From: an uncultured Acidimicrobiaceae bacterium | GTDB taxonomy: Bacteria > Actinomycetota > Acidimicrobiia > Acidimicrobiales > Ilumatobacteraceae | Length of the DNA: 64,000 bases | NCBI GenBank assembly: GCA_937897105.1 | Contig: CALCBR010000043.1 | Location: 6,021-70,020, forward strand | Reading direction: 5' to 3' | In this document: piece after piece, positions 29,097 to 38,089 of the stretch | Layout of the letters: each line of letters begins with the position of its first letter | Position numbering within the stretch: position 1 is the first letter of the stretch | Notes under the pieces: model-generated | Database searches by the model: none | Seen by the model: only the letters and a program-made list of their open reading frames with translations | Told to the model about the DNA's origin: nothing | Position numbers and translations under genes: made by a program

Positions 29097-30484
29097 GTCG
29101 AGATTCGACTCCTCGCAACGCGCATTCGCTCGAGGGTTTCCTGTTGCCCGAGTACTTCGAGCGACTCAAAAAGCGGAGGACCCACTGTTCTTCCGGTGAC
29201 AGCAACGCGCACAGGTGCCTGAGCTTTGCCCAGTTTGAGACCGAAGGGCTCCATCACCTCTTCGAGCACTGACTTCAGTTCCTCTGCGTGCCAGTTTTCG
29301 AGGGCTGCGTATCGAGCGATCGCTGCATCGAGGAGAGGACCTGCGATGTCAGTTGTCATCACTTTTTCCCAAGAGGCATCGTCGTACTCAACCCCAGTGA
29401 AGATGAAGTCGACCACGCCGGACACATCCGAAAATGTCACGAGTCGCGGCTGGACGTGCGGGGCGATCATCGCAAATGTCGATCGATCCCACTCTGGCGG
29501 GAGCCACGGATTGCACGCATCGAGGAACTCGTCGTTCGACATCATTCGGATGTACTCGCCGTTGAATGCTGACAATTTTTTTACATCGAAGAACGCTGGT
29601 GACAGATTGACGTCGTTGAGCGCAAATAAAGAGACAATCTCATTCCACGGGAGGATCTCACGGTCGTCACCCGCTGACCAACCCAAAGTCATCAAATAGT
29701 TCACCATCGCATCAGCGAGGTACCCCTCGTCTCGGTACTGCTCAAGCGCAACCTTGTCGCGACGTTTTGAGAGCTTTTTCCGTTGCTCATTCACGAGCAC
29801 CGGAACGTGACCCCATACGGGCGGCTCACGGTCGAGCGCAGCCCACAGCATCTGCTGTTTTGGGGTATTCGGCAAATGCTCTTCGGCTCTAATGACATTG
29901 GTGATGCCCATCGACATGTCATCGACGACGTTCGCCAAGTTGAACACAGGGGTTCCATTGCTGCGCACGAGAACAAAATCTTCAATGACCGAATGATCGA
30001 ATTCGACATCACCTCGCACTGCGTCACGAACGATCGTGCTTCCCTCCGGCACCCGGAATCTCAGCACCCGCCCGGCACCAGGCTCAAGACCGAGGTCACG
30101 AGACCATCCGCTATACCCGGTGACACCTTCAGCAGCCGCTCGTTCTTCGATGTCGGTTGGCGACATCTCGCAGTAATAGGCGTGACCCGACTCATACAGT
30201 TGCGTCGCCGCTCGAAGGTGCTCGTCGGAATAGTTGCTCTGAAAATACGGTCCTTCGAATGCGGGGCTCGCCGAGTCAATACCAAGCCACTCGAGAGCCG
30301 ACAAGATGCCATCGGTCCATTCAGGTCGGTTACGAGCCTCATCGGTGTCTTCGATCCGGAGCACGAATGTTCCACCGGTTGACTGGGCAAGCGCCCAGTT
30401 AAACAACGCTGTTCGGGCGCCTCCGACATGGAAGAACCCTGTTGGCGATGGAGCGAAACGAAAACGCGGACCTGAAGCATTCAT
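29093..30484 (-). CDS. gltX: Glutamyl-tRNA synthetase
   Basis: RFAPSPTGFFHVGGARTAL (HIGH-type) and KLSKRR (KMSKS) motifs; 463 aa. Followed by the tRNA-Gln and tRNA-Glu genes. Confidence 0.92.
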   Translation of the reverse strand: MNASGPRFRFAPSPTGFFHVGGARTALFNWALAQSTGGTFVLRIEDTDEARNRPEWTDGILSALEWLGIDSASPAFEGPYFQSNYSDEHLRAATQLYESGHAYYCEMSPTDIEERAAAEGVTGYSGWSRDLGLEPGAGRVLRFRVPEGSTIVRDAVRGDVEFDHSVIEDFVLVRSNGTPVFNLANVVDDMSMGITNVIRAEEHLPNTPKQQMLWAALDREPPVWGHVPVLVNEQRKKLSKRRDKVALEQYRDEGYLADAMVNYLMTLGWSAGDDREILPWNEIVSLFALNDVNLSPAFFDVKKLSAFNGEYIRMMSNDEFLDACNPWLPPEWDRSTFAMIAPHVQPRLVTFSDVSGVVDFIFTGVEYDDASWEKVMTTDIAGPLLDAAIARYAALENWHAEELKSVLEEVMEPFGLKLGKAQAPVRVAVTGRTVGPPLFESLEVLGQQETLERMRVARSRIST

Positions 30485-30545
30485 TACTTGCAGACGTTAC
30501 CGGCACGGTATTGCTCAGTCCCCTCACCCGATTACGATCTCAGAC

Positions 30546-31253
30546 ATGGCTGCACACGCTCCACACGAAGATCACCGCTCTGTATCTGGTGGTCTCGCTC
30601 GAGCCGCTGTCTTCGGAATCAACGACGGCTTGGTTTCAAATGTCTCACTCATTCTTGGGTTTGCCGCAAGCGGTGTTGACTCCACCATCGTGCGCCTTGC
30701 AGGTTTGGCCGGTGCGGTAGCCGGCGCCATTTCGATGGCAGCAGGCGAATGGGTCAGCATCTCCGCGCAGAACGACCTCGTGCAGCGTGAGCTCGATATC
30801 GAGTTACGAGAGCTCGAACACAACACAGAACACGAAACCGCAGAGCTTGCTGCGGTCTATGAAGGTCACGGCATGGAACCAGCGAGTGCAGCGCAGGCTG
30901 CGGCTGAGGTCATGCGGTCGCCGTCAAACGCACTAGCAGTACACGCTCGTGAAGAGTTTGGGATCGACCCAAGCGCTCTCCCATCGGCACTGCAAGCCGC
31001 TGTGCTCTCCCTTCTCTCATTTATCGTTGGTGCACTGCTACCACTGATTCCATGGTTCATTGGCTCAGGCACAGCAGCGACCATCTCTTCGCTTGTGCTC
31101 GGTGTGGTGGCTGCCGGCATCGTTGGTGCCGTCGTCGGCAAATTTGCCGAACGCCCACTGGTCTGGGCTGCAACTCGGCAAATACTCATCGTGCTCGTCG
31201 CCTGTGGCGCAACCTACGTCATCGGGCAAATCTTTGGTATCACCCTGAGTTAG
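30546..31253 (+). CDS. VIT1/CCC1-family iron/manganese transporter
   Basis: GINDGLVSNVSLILG motif and C-terminal TM helices. ATG at 30546 chosen because the longer ORF is antisense to gltX. Confidence 0.75.
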   Translation: MAAHAPHEDHRSVSGGLARAAVFGINDGLVSNVSLILGFAASGVDSTIVRLAGLAGAVAGAISMAAGEWVSISAQNDLVQRELDIELRELEHNTEHETAELAAVYEGHGMEPASAAQAAAEVMRSPSNALAVHAREEFGIDPSALPSALQAAVLSLLSFIVGALLPLIPWFIGSGTAATISSLVLGVVAAGIVGAVVGKFAERPLVWAATRQILIVLVACGATYVIGQIFGITLS

Positions 31254-31319
31254 CTCGATCCGGCCAAATAATCGCCACTCGGTCGGCAGTGGCGACCCGA
31301 AACATGCTGAGATGTAACC

Positions 31320-31688
31320 GTGACACAACTCAATGTGCTTGGAACCGAACTCGAAGAATGTTCGTTCGACCCTCTCACCGGGTACCGAAGAACTGGGTGC
31401 TGTGACAATTTTGGCGATGACCCCGGCATGCATGTCATTTGCTGTGTCGTCACCGATGATTTCCTGGCCTTCTCGGCAAGTTGTGGCAACGACCTTTCCA
31501 CACCGATGCCGATGTACGGATTCCCTGGGCTTCGCAACGGAGACCGATGGTGCGTATGCGCATCACGCTGGGTTGAGGCCTACGAGGCCGGACACGCGTG
31601 CCAAGTCGTGCTCGCAGCAACCCATATGTCAGCGCTCGAGTACGTCGACCTAGAAGTCTTGAAGGCTCACGCGAGCGACGCCTCGTGA
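31320..31688 (+). CDS. DUF2237-family protein
   Basis: NVLGTELEECS...GYRRTGCC...GNDLSTPMP..GFPGL..GDRWCVCASRW pattern characteristic of DUF2237. Confidence 0.7.
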   Translation: MTQLNVLGTELEECSFDPLTGYRRTGCCDNFGDDPGMHVICCVVTDDFLAFSASCGNDLSTPMPMYGFPGLRNGDRWCVCASRWVEAYEAGHACQVVLAATHMSALEYVDLEVLKAHASDAS

Positions 31689-31707
31689 TACCCCTTAGCT
31701 TCGCGAG

Positions 31708-33063
31708 TTACTGATCGAAGATCACCGACGGGTTAAGAATCCCGGTCGGGTCACACACCGCTTTCAATCCCCGCATCAGGTTGAGTTCGGCGGCAGAACG
31801 TTGCATCGGAAGGTACGCCGATTTGGCGGTACCGATGCCGTGCTCAGCGCTGATCGAACCGCCCATTGCAATCACCAGTTCATACACCGACTTGTCAAGA
31901 ACATCGTCGCCGTCAAGCCCGGTGACGTTCACATGGAGGTTTCCATCGCCGACATGGCCGAAAATCCACGTCGTCGACGTCGGAGCCAACGCCGAAATGA
32001 GGTTCTTCACCTCTGGGATGAACGCTGCAATCTGGTCATGGGGCAATGTGACATCAAACTTGCACGGCACTCCGACACGATTAATTGCAGTCGTATGGTC
32101 ATCGCGCAAACGCCATAGCAACTGTCGTTGGCGTTCATCTGCGGCAATTGCGGTGTCGGCAACTCCGTCGAGTTCAGCGACATGTTGAATGAGTCGCTCG
32201 AGGTCATCGCTCTCCGATGCAGTCTCTACGAGCAGGAACACCGGGTGTGTTCCGCCAAGCGGAGCCGAGAGTTCGAACTCTTCACAGACGAGGCTCACTC
32301 CGTCGGCGAGCATAAGTTCGGCAGCCTCAAGACCAGGCAGCGCCACCCGCAACTGAGCGGTCGCTGCGACAGCTGCGTCGACATTGTCGAAGGCGAGCAA
32401 CGCCGTCTGACGGAATGGTTGGTCAGCAATGAGTCGAAGACGCGCCTTGGTGATCACTCCTAGCGTTCCCTCTGAGCCGCACATCATGTCGGGGATCGAA
32501 TAGCCGGTGTTGTTCTTCACCAAACCAGACATGAGATCGATAATTTCTCCGGTTCCGAGCACGACCTCAACACCGATGACCTGTGCTCGGGTCATTCCAT
32601 GGCGGAACACGTTCAGACCACCAGCGTTCGTCGCGATCGTTCCTCCGACGGTTGCCGAGCCACGTCCACCGAAATCAACTCCGTAACGCAACCCGTGTGA
32701 TGCCACTGCGGTCTGCAACTGCTCGATGGTGACACCGGCGTCAACGCTCACCTGCAGTGCGAGTCGGTCGACATTCCCGATTGTGTTCAACCGTTGCATG
32801 CTCAACACAATTTCGCCGTTGAGCGGGACACTCCCGCCGACCATCCCTGTATTTCCGCCCTGAGGGATGACGGCGACCGCACGCTCACCGCACACACGAA
32901 TGACATCAGCCACCTCCGCAGTTGAGCCAGGCCGGACGACAGCCGGAGTTGTTCCGACATACCTTCCGGTCCAATCGACGACGTGCGCAGCGGTGTCGTC
33001 GCCGGAGATGACGTGTTGCTCGCCGACGATGCGCCGGATCTCGCTCAGAGCATCATCAACCAT
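31708..33063 (-). CDS. FAD-linked oxidase (GlcD / D-lactate dehydrogenase family)
   Basis: PCMH-type FAD-binding N-domain (VIPQGGNTGMVGGSVP) and a C-terminal FAD-oxidase domain; 451 aa. Confidence 0.8.
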   Translation of the reverse strand: MVDDALSEIRRIVGEQHVISGDDTAAHVVDWTGRYVGTTPAVVRPGSTAEVADVIRVCGERAVAVIPQGGNTGMVGGSVPLNGEIVLSMQRLNTIGNVDRLALQVSVDAGVTIEQLQTAVASHGLRYGVDFGGRGSATVGGTIATNAGGLNVFRHGMTRAQVIGVEVVLGTGEIIDLMSGLVKNNTGYSIPDMMCGSEGTLGVITKARLRLIADQPFRQTALLAFDNVDAAVAATAQLRVALPGLEAAELMLADGVSLVCEEFELSAPLGGTHPVFLLVETASESDDLERLIQHVAELDGVADTAIAADERQRQLLWRLRDDHTTAINRVGVPCKFDVTLPHDQIAAFIPEVKNLISALAPTSTTWIFGHVGDGNLHVNVTGLDGDDVLDKSVYELVIAMGGSISAEHGIGTAKSAYLPMQRSAAELNLMRGLKAVCDPTGILNPSVIFDQ

Positions 33064-33087
33064 TACTTGAATGATCCGCTCTTCGGT

Positions 33088-33537
33088 TCAGCCGAGTGCT
33101 TTCAGCAACTGGGTAGGGGTGTCTTTCGGGCTGATCTTTGGCCACGCACGTTCAATGCGCCCCTTCTCGTCGATGAGGAATGATGACCGCTGAACACCCA
33201 TGTACTTGCGTCCATACATCGACTTCTCGACCCAAACGCCGAACTGTTCGGCGACAGCGTGATCCTCATCGGAGAGCAGCGTGAAACCCAAGGAATACTT
33301 GTCGTCAAACTTTTTGAGTTTCGCCGGCGCGTCTGGACTAATGCCGATAATGACGGTGTCGCCAATTTCCTCTGCGATATCTCGAAGGGCACACGATTGC
33401 GTTGTACATCCCGGGGTATCTGCTTTTGGATAGAAGTAGATGAGAACCTTGCGCCCCTTAAACGACGACAACGCGACGGTGTCACCATCTTGGTTGAGCA
33501 ACTTGATGTTTGGTGCGGCGGATCCTTCTTGGGTCAT
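33088..33537 (-). CDS. bcp: Thiol peroxidase, Bcp-type peroxiredoxin
   Basis: FYPKADTPGCTTQSC peroxidatic Cys motif; 149 aa. Confidence 0.88.
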   Translation of the reverse strand: MTQEGSAAPNIKLLNQDGDTVALSSFKGRKVLIYFYPKADTPGCTTQSCALRDIAEEIGDTVIIGISPDAPAKLKKFDDKYSLGFTLLSDEDHAVAEQFGVWVEKSMYGRKYMGVQRSSFLIDEKGRIERAWPKISPKDTPTQLLKALG

Positions 33538-33570
33538 GAGATCACGTTAGACCGCCACCGTCGATCGCTG

Positions 33571-34116
33571 TTAGACGTGATCGTTTTCGAGCACGTCGGC
33601 GCCTGAGAGAACCTTCCATTGCGCCGGGTAGAGCAGTGAGATCTGGTCGGGTGTTGCCCGCAACGTTGACTCTGGCACTGCGTCAACGAGCCGGCGGGCT
33701 GCACCGTAGTGATGACCGAGATTGCGAAGGCCAGCAAATACGTCAGATCTGATCTTGACGAGCTCTGCTGGCGGATTCGTGTCGAACCAGCCCCAGATGG
33801 TGAGCGCAATCATGAGGTCATGAACAACCGGCGCCCGGCTCATCATCGAAGCCCTCCGAAGCGCAATACCGATACTGCCGTTGATGGCGTCATCGATGTG
33901 CTCGCCCGATTGCGTGCAGATGCGGGGGCGCAGTCGCTGTGCGATCGTGAGGATAAAACCTTGGTCTGGCCCTGGATAGCCAAGAGATGGACCTACCGGC
34001 TGCAATCCTTCGATTTCCGCTGGCCGATCTGTCGACCATGATGCAGGGACGACGTCCGGTGACTCGTAAAACGGGTCACTTCGACGACGGGAGGGGGCGA
34101 AACGAGGTGCTGCCAT
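33571..34116 (-). CDS. Hypothetical protein
   Basis: 181-aa ORF in a tight co-directional array with bcp and cimA. I recognise no motif. Confidence 0.5.
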   Translation of the reverse strand: MAAPRFAPSRRRSDPFYESPDVVPASWSTDRPAEIEGLQPVGPSLGYPGPDQGFILTIAQRLRPRICTQSGEHIDDAINGSIGIALRRASMMSRAPVVHDLMIALTIWGWFDTNPPAELVKIRSDVFAGLRNLGHHYGAARRLVDAVPESTLRATPDQISLLYPAQWKVLSGADVLENDHV

Positions 34117-34125
34117 AACAATGTT

Positions 34126-35712
34126 TTACCCGCGAAGCAGGCCGTACACGATGCTTTCTGACAGCGCCCGCCATGAGGCCTCGATGATGTTCGGGCTCAC
34201 TCCAATTGTCGTCCAGTCGGTTCGACCATCAGTTGCGCTGATGAGCACTCGGGTCACCGCCCCTGTCGCTTCTCCTCCATCAAGAATTCGTACCTTGTAG
34301 TCGGTGAGGTGAACCTGCTCGAGCTGCGGGTATGCACCACTGATCGCCCGACGCAACGCAGTGTCGATTGCGTTGACCGGGCCGTTTCCTTCTGCGGTGT
34401 GCACATGGCGGTCACCCTGAACCCACACCTTCACCGTGGCTTCAGTGTTAAACGGCCCATCTGCCGATTCATCGGTAATTACTCGCATCGACTCGACATC
34501 GAAGTAGTCCTGTTCCCAGCCGGTTGCTCTGCGCATGAGAAGTTCGAGCGAGGCATCAGCGGCCTCGAACTGGTACCCCTCATGTTCGAGGCGCTTGAGG
34601 TCGTCGATCACCTGGTTGATCGATGGGCCATCGAGATCAATTCCGAGTTGCTCTGCTTTGATCTGAATGGTGGCGCGGCCAGCCATTTCTGAGACGACAA
34701 ACCTCGTGCCATTGCCGACCTGCTCTGGGTCAACGTGCTCGTAGGCATCTCGTGCCCGCGCAATCGCACTGACGTGCAGACCAGCTTTATGTGCGAATGC
34801 GGAAGTTCCAACATATGGCGCCTGAGGATTCACCGCTCGGTTGAGGGTTTCTGCGATGCGATGCGAAACCGGAGCGAGGCGAACGAGACGATCTTGAGGA
34901 AGGCAGGAGTAGTCCTGCTTCAGTTGAAGGTTCGGGATGATCGTCGTCAGGTTTGCGTTGCCAGTGCGCTCACCCAGACCATTCAAGGTGCCTTGCACGT
35001 GACCCGCACCAGCTCGAACTGCCGCCATCGAGTTTGCGACCGCGCATCCGGTGTCGTCATGGCAGTGAATTCCGATCGTTGCATCGTTACCGATGTGTGC
35101 ATACACCTGGGCCACGATGTCTCCAACCTCATGAGGCAGTGAGCCGCCATTCGTGTCGCAGAGAACCACATGGGTCGCACCCTTGACGATCGCTGCTTCT
35201 AACGCTCGAAAGGCAAATTCGGGGTTGTGCTTGAAACCGTCGAAAAAGTGCTCCATGTCGACAAGCACCCGACGATCGTTACCGACGAGGTATTCGACCG
35301 AGTCAGCAATCATTGCGGTGCCTTCTTCGAGGGTGGTTTGTAGCGCCTCGGTGACGTGATAGTCCCAGCTTTTCGCAACGATGCACACTGCTGACGTGTC
35401 GGCGTCGAGCAGATTACGCAACGTCGGGTCGTCGTCTACTTTCCCGCGTGGGCGACGGGTTGAACCGAATGCGACAAAGGTGCTTGTCGAAAGGTTGAGT
35501 TCTTTTGCGGCACGCTGAAAGAACTCAATGTCTTTCGGGTTTGCGCCCGGCCATCCGCCTTCAATGAAATGAACACCGAGTGAGTCGAGTTGCTCGGCGA
35601 TTACGAGTTTGTCATCGACCGTTGCGGTGACGCCTTCAACTTGAAGACCATCGCGCAGCGTGGTGTCAAAAATTTCGATACTGCGCTGATCGGTTGTTGT
35701 TGGAGTGCTCAT
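34126..35712 (-). CDS. cimA: (R)-citramalate synthase (LeuA-family, CimA type)
   Basis: IFDTTLRDGLQ, FIEGGWPGANPKD (hallmark of the ~530-aa CimA clade), HCHDDTGCAVAN, and a C-terminal LeuA-dimer regulatory domain. Confidence 0.8.
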   Translation of the reverse strand: MSTPTTTDQRSIEIFDTTLRDGLQVEGVTATVDDKLVIAEQLDSLGVHFIEGGWPGANPKDIEFFQRAAKELNLSTSTFVAFGSTRRPRGKVDDDPTLRNLLDADTSAVCIVAKSWDYHVTEALQTTLEEGTAMIADSVEYLVGNDRRVLVDMEHFFDGFKHNPEFAFRALEAAIVKGATHVVLCDTNGGSLPHEVGDIVAQVYAHIGNDATIGIHCHDDTGCAVANSMAAVRAGAGHVQGTLNGLGERTGNANLTTIIPNLQLKQDYSCLPQDRLVRLAPVSHRIAETLNRAVNPQAPYVGTSAFAHKAGLHVSAIARARDAYEHVDPEQVGNGTRFVVSEMAGRATIQIKAEQLGIDLDGPSINQVIDDLKRLEHEGYQFEAADASLELLMRRATGWEQDYFDVESMRVITDESADGPFNTEATVKVWVQGDRHVHTAEGNGPVNAIDTALRRAISGAYPQLEQVHLTDYKVRILDGGEATGAVTRVLISATDGRTDWTTIGVSPNIIEASWRALSESIVYGLLRG

Positions 35713-35753
35713 GTGAGTTGTCCTCTATGTGTTGTTGGTATCAGTATCGGCCC

Positions 35754-35809
35754 GAAAACTGAAAATGCCGCCCGAGGGCGGCAAAACGAGCACACGGTGA
35801 AGTGTGCTC
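35754..35809 (-). promoter_or_regulatory. Two tandem terminator-like hairpins in the cimA 5' leader (candidate attenuator)
   Basis: On the minus strand: GAGCACAC-UUCACC-GUGUGCUC followed by GUUUUG, then GCCGCC-CUCG-GGCGGC followed by AUUUUCAGUUUUC. The region lies in a divergent intergenic space, so it is not a 3'-end terminator for any gene. Confidence 0.6.
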
Positions 35810-35847
35810 TAACAAATAATAATTCCGGCGGCGATGTGATGAATCAT
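35809..35847 (-). CDS. Candidate Ile-rich leader peptide MIHHIAAGIIIC
   Basis: ATG ATT CAT CAC ATC GCC GCC GGA ATT ATT ATT TGT TAG. Five of 12 codons are Ile. The stop codon's G is the first base of hairpin 1. Confidence 0.55.
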   Translation of the reverse strand: MIHHIAAGIIIC

Positions 35848-35854
35848 CGCCTCT

Positions 35855-35883
35855 ATTAAATACGGCACAGATGTCATCGTCAA
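35855..35883 (-). promoter_or_regulatory. Candidate promoter for the cimA leader
   Basis: On the minus strand: TTGACG, 17 nt, TTTAAT, 7 nt, then the ATG of the leader ORF. The spacing fits a leaderless transcript. Confidence 0.45.
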
Positions 35884-35923
35884 CTTCTCATCAACAATCG
35901 GCCCGGAAACGACACGCCACAAC

Positions 35924-35975
35924 TGTGGATAACCGGTGGAAAAACCGAGCCACCTTGTGGATCACTTGCGGATAA
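35924..35975 (-). promoter_or_regulatory. Three DnaA-box-like 9-mers in the same orientation
   Basis: Reverse complements read TTATCCACA (35924-35932, perfect match to the E. coli consensus), TGATCCACA (35956-35964) and TTATCCGCA (35967-35975). GGATAACCG occurs twice. Confidence 0.35.
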
Positions 35976-36049
35976 CCGACACCATCTCCCCTACCCCAGC
36001 AACCTCAGCGGCAGCGCCACAACAGCGCTTCACCAACTACCCTCTTGCT

Positions 36050-37066
36050 ATGAGCGAAGAACTGCCGAATCGGGACGAACTCTTGAGCCCGGGGATGCGC
36101 GAACAGCTCGACCTCGGCTACGTCTTTGGTGGTTTGTCGACATTTGCGCAACAACCCTTTGTTCCAGATCTTGAAGACCTCGACCGATGGAAGCCCGACG
36201 TTGCCATCGTGGGTGCCCCATTCGACATCGGCACCACCAATCGTCCCGGCGCGCGATTCGGACCACGTTCGATCAGAACATCGGCCTACGAATCAGGCAC
36301 CTATCACATCGACCTTGACCTCGAGATTTTCGACCACCTCACCGTTGTCGACGCCGGTGACGCCCACTGCCCTCACGGCAATACCGACCAAAGCCTCGCC
36401 AACATCCGCCACCGGGTGCACGAGGTTGCCCGACGCGGCATCATCCCTATCACGCTCGGAGGCGACCACACCATCACCTGGCCAGCTGCCACTGCGGTTG
36501 CCGACGTCCATGGCTACGGCAACGTCGGCATCGTTCATTTCGACGCTCACGCTGACACCGCCGACATCATCGACGGCAACCTTGCAAGCCATGGCACACC
36601 TATGCGCAGGCTGATCGAATCAGGGGCAATTCCTGGCGACCGTTTCGTACAGGTCGGTCTCCGTGGTTACTGGCCTCCTGCAGACACATTCGATTGGATG
36701 CGAGAGCAAGGCATGGTGTGGCACACGATGCAAGAAATTTGGGATCGCGGCTTTAAAGCGGTGATGGACGACGCAGTGAGCGAAGCGTTGGCATCTGCTG
36801 ACCATCTCTACATCTCGGTCGATGTCGACAGCCTCGACCCCTCATTCGCACCAGGCACAGGGACACCTGAACCCGGGGGAATCGCGACCAGCGACATTCT
36901 TCGAATCGTTCGCCAACTCGCCCGGGAGCACAACGTCGTTGGTATGGATGTCGTTGAAGTGGCACCGGCGTACGACGTCAGTGAACTCACCGTAAATGTT
37001 GCTCACCGACTCGTTATGGAGGCGCTCGGAGGAATCGCCGCTCGGCGTCGAGATCTCGGCCAGTAA
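36050..37066 (+). CDS. Ureohydrolase (agmatinase / guanidinobutyrase family)
   Basis: Mn-ligand motifs GGDH, HFDAHADT and SVDVDSLDP. ATG at 36050 gives a typical ~338 aa. Confidence 0.82.
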   Translation: MSEELPNRDELLSPGMREQLDLGYVFGGLSTFAQQPFVPDLEDLDRWKPDVAIVGAPFDIGTTNRPGARFGPRSIRTSAYESGTYHIDLDLEIFDHLTVVDAGDAHCPHGNTDQSLANIRHRVHEVARRGIIPITLGGDHTITWPAATAVADVHGYGNVGIVHFDAHADTADIIDGNLASHGTPMRRLIESGAIPGDRFVQVGLRGYWPPADTFDWMREQGMVWHTMQEIWDRGFKAVMDDAVSEALASADHLYISVDVDSLDPSFAPGTGTPEPGGIATSDILRIVRQLAREHNVVGMDVVEVAPAYDVSELTVNVAHRLVMEALGGIAARRRDLGQ

Positions 37067-37114
37067 CCGTTGAAAAACGATGACTAACTTGCGTCTCGCG
37101 TAGAGTCGCAACCT

Positions 37115-38053
37115 ATGTCAACTTCGCGCCCGTTCTTCATTGACACCGACACTGCAAGTGATGATGCCGTCGCCCTGGTGATGGCCTTTGCACGTGACGA
37201 CATCAACATTGTTGGTATCGGTGTCGTTGCAGGCAATGTCCCGCTTGCATCCGCGCTGCAAAATGCGCTCTACACAAGAGAACTCTGCGGCCGCACCGAT
37301 GTGCCGGTGTACGCCGGCGCAGATCGCCCGCTCATCTACGAACTCGGCACCGCCCAGCACGTGCACGGCGACGACGGCATGGGCGATATCGGACTACCGC
37401 TCACCGGCCGCACTCCGAACGAGGGTCACGCCGTCGACGCACTCTTGGAAGCATCGAATGAATACGCCGGCGAGCTCACCCTTGTCACCCTCGGCCCCCT
37501 CACCAATATTGCGCTCGCTATCCAGAGAGACCCCTCGATTGCCGACAGAATTTCGCGTGTCGTCCTCATGGGGGCAGCGGCCGATCACATCGGCAATGTG
37601 AATCCTGTCGCTGAATTCAACATGTGGGTTGACCCCCATGCCGTTCAGATCGTCTTGGAGTCTGGCCTGCCACTCGAATTCGTCGGCTGGGATATTTCTC
37701 GACGCGACGCAGTCATCGTTCCCGAGGAGGCCAACCGTCTGCGAAGCATCGGAACTCCACGCGCCGAATTCACCATCGATATTCAACGGATCGTGGCCGA
37801 ATTCTGTGCGCGAGATACAAAACTCGCCGGTTTTGATATGCCCGACCCGATTGCCATGGCATATGCCATTGATCCATCCATCGCGACACAGACGCGTCAC
37901 CTCCACTTGGTCACCGAATGCGCCGAAGGCCCCACGAGAGGCATGGTGGTCATGGACCTTCTTGGATTCACATCGAGAGAGCCGAACGCCGTGGTGGTGA
38001 TGCACGCCGATCACTCGGCATTTATCAGACAGCTTGAAGCAGCGATTTCGTAA
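37115..38053 (+). CDS. Nucleoside hydrolase (IUNH family)
   Basis: N-terminal DTDTASDDAVAL (DxDxxxDD) motif; 312 aa. Confidence 0.85.
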   Translation: MSTSRPFFIDTDTASDDAVALVMAFARDDINIVGIGVVAGNVPLASALQNALYTRELCGRTDVPVYAGADRPLIYELGTAQHVHGDDGMGDIGLPLTGRTPNEGHAVDALLEASNEYAGELTLVTLGPLTNIALAIQRDPSIADRISRVVLMGAAADHIGNVNPVAEFNMWVDPHAVQIVLESGLPLEFVGWDISRRDAVIVPEEANRLRSIGTPRAEFTIDIQRIVAEFCARDTKLAGFDMPDPIAMAYAIDPSIATQTRHLHLVTECAEGPTRGMVVMDLLGFTSREPNAVVVMHADHSAFIRQLEAAIS

Positions 38054-38089
38054 TCTGGCTGGGTGCCAACGCAGCAGCTGGCGGGTTCA

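Noticed and set aside
35924-35975. The DnaA-box cluster as the chromosomal origin (oriC).
   Set aside because: There is no dnaA, dnaN, rpmH or parAB nearby, no AT-rich unwinding element, and only three boxes. I keep it only as a DnaA-box-like regulatory-site candidate.
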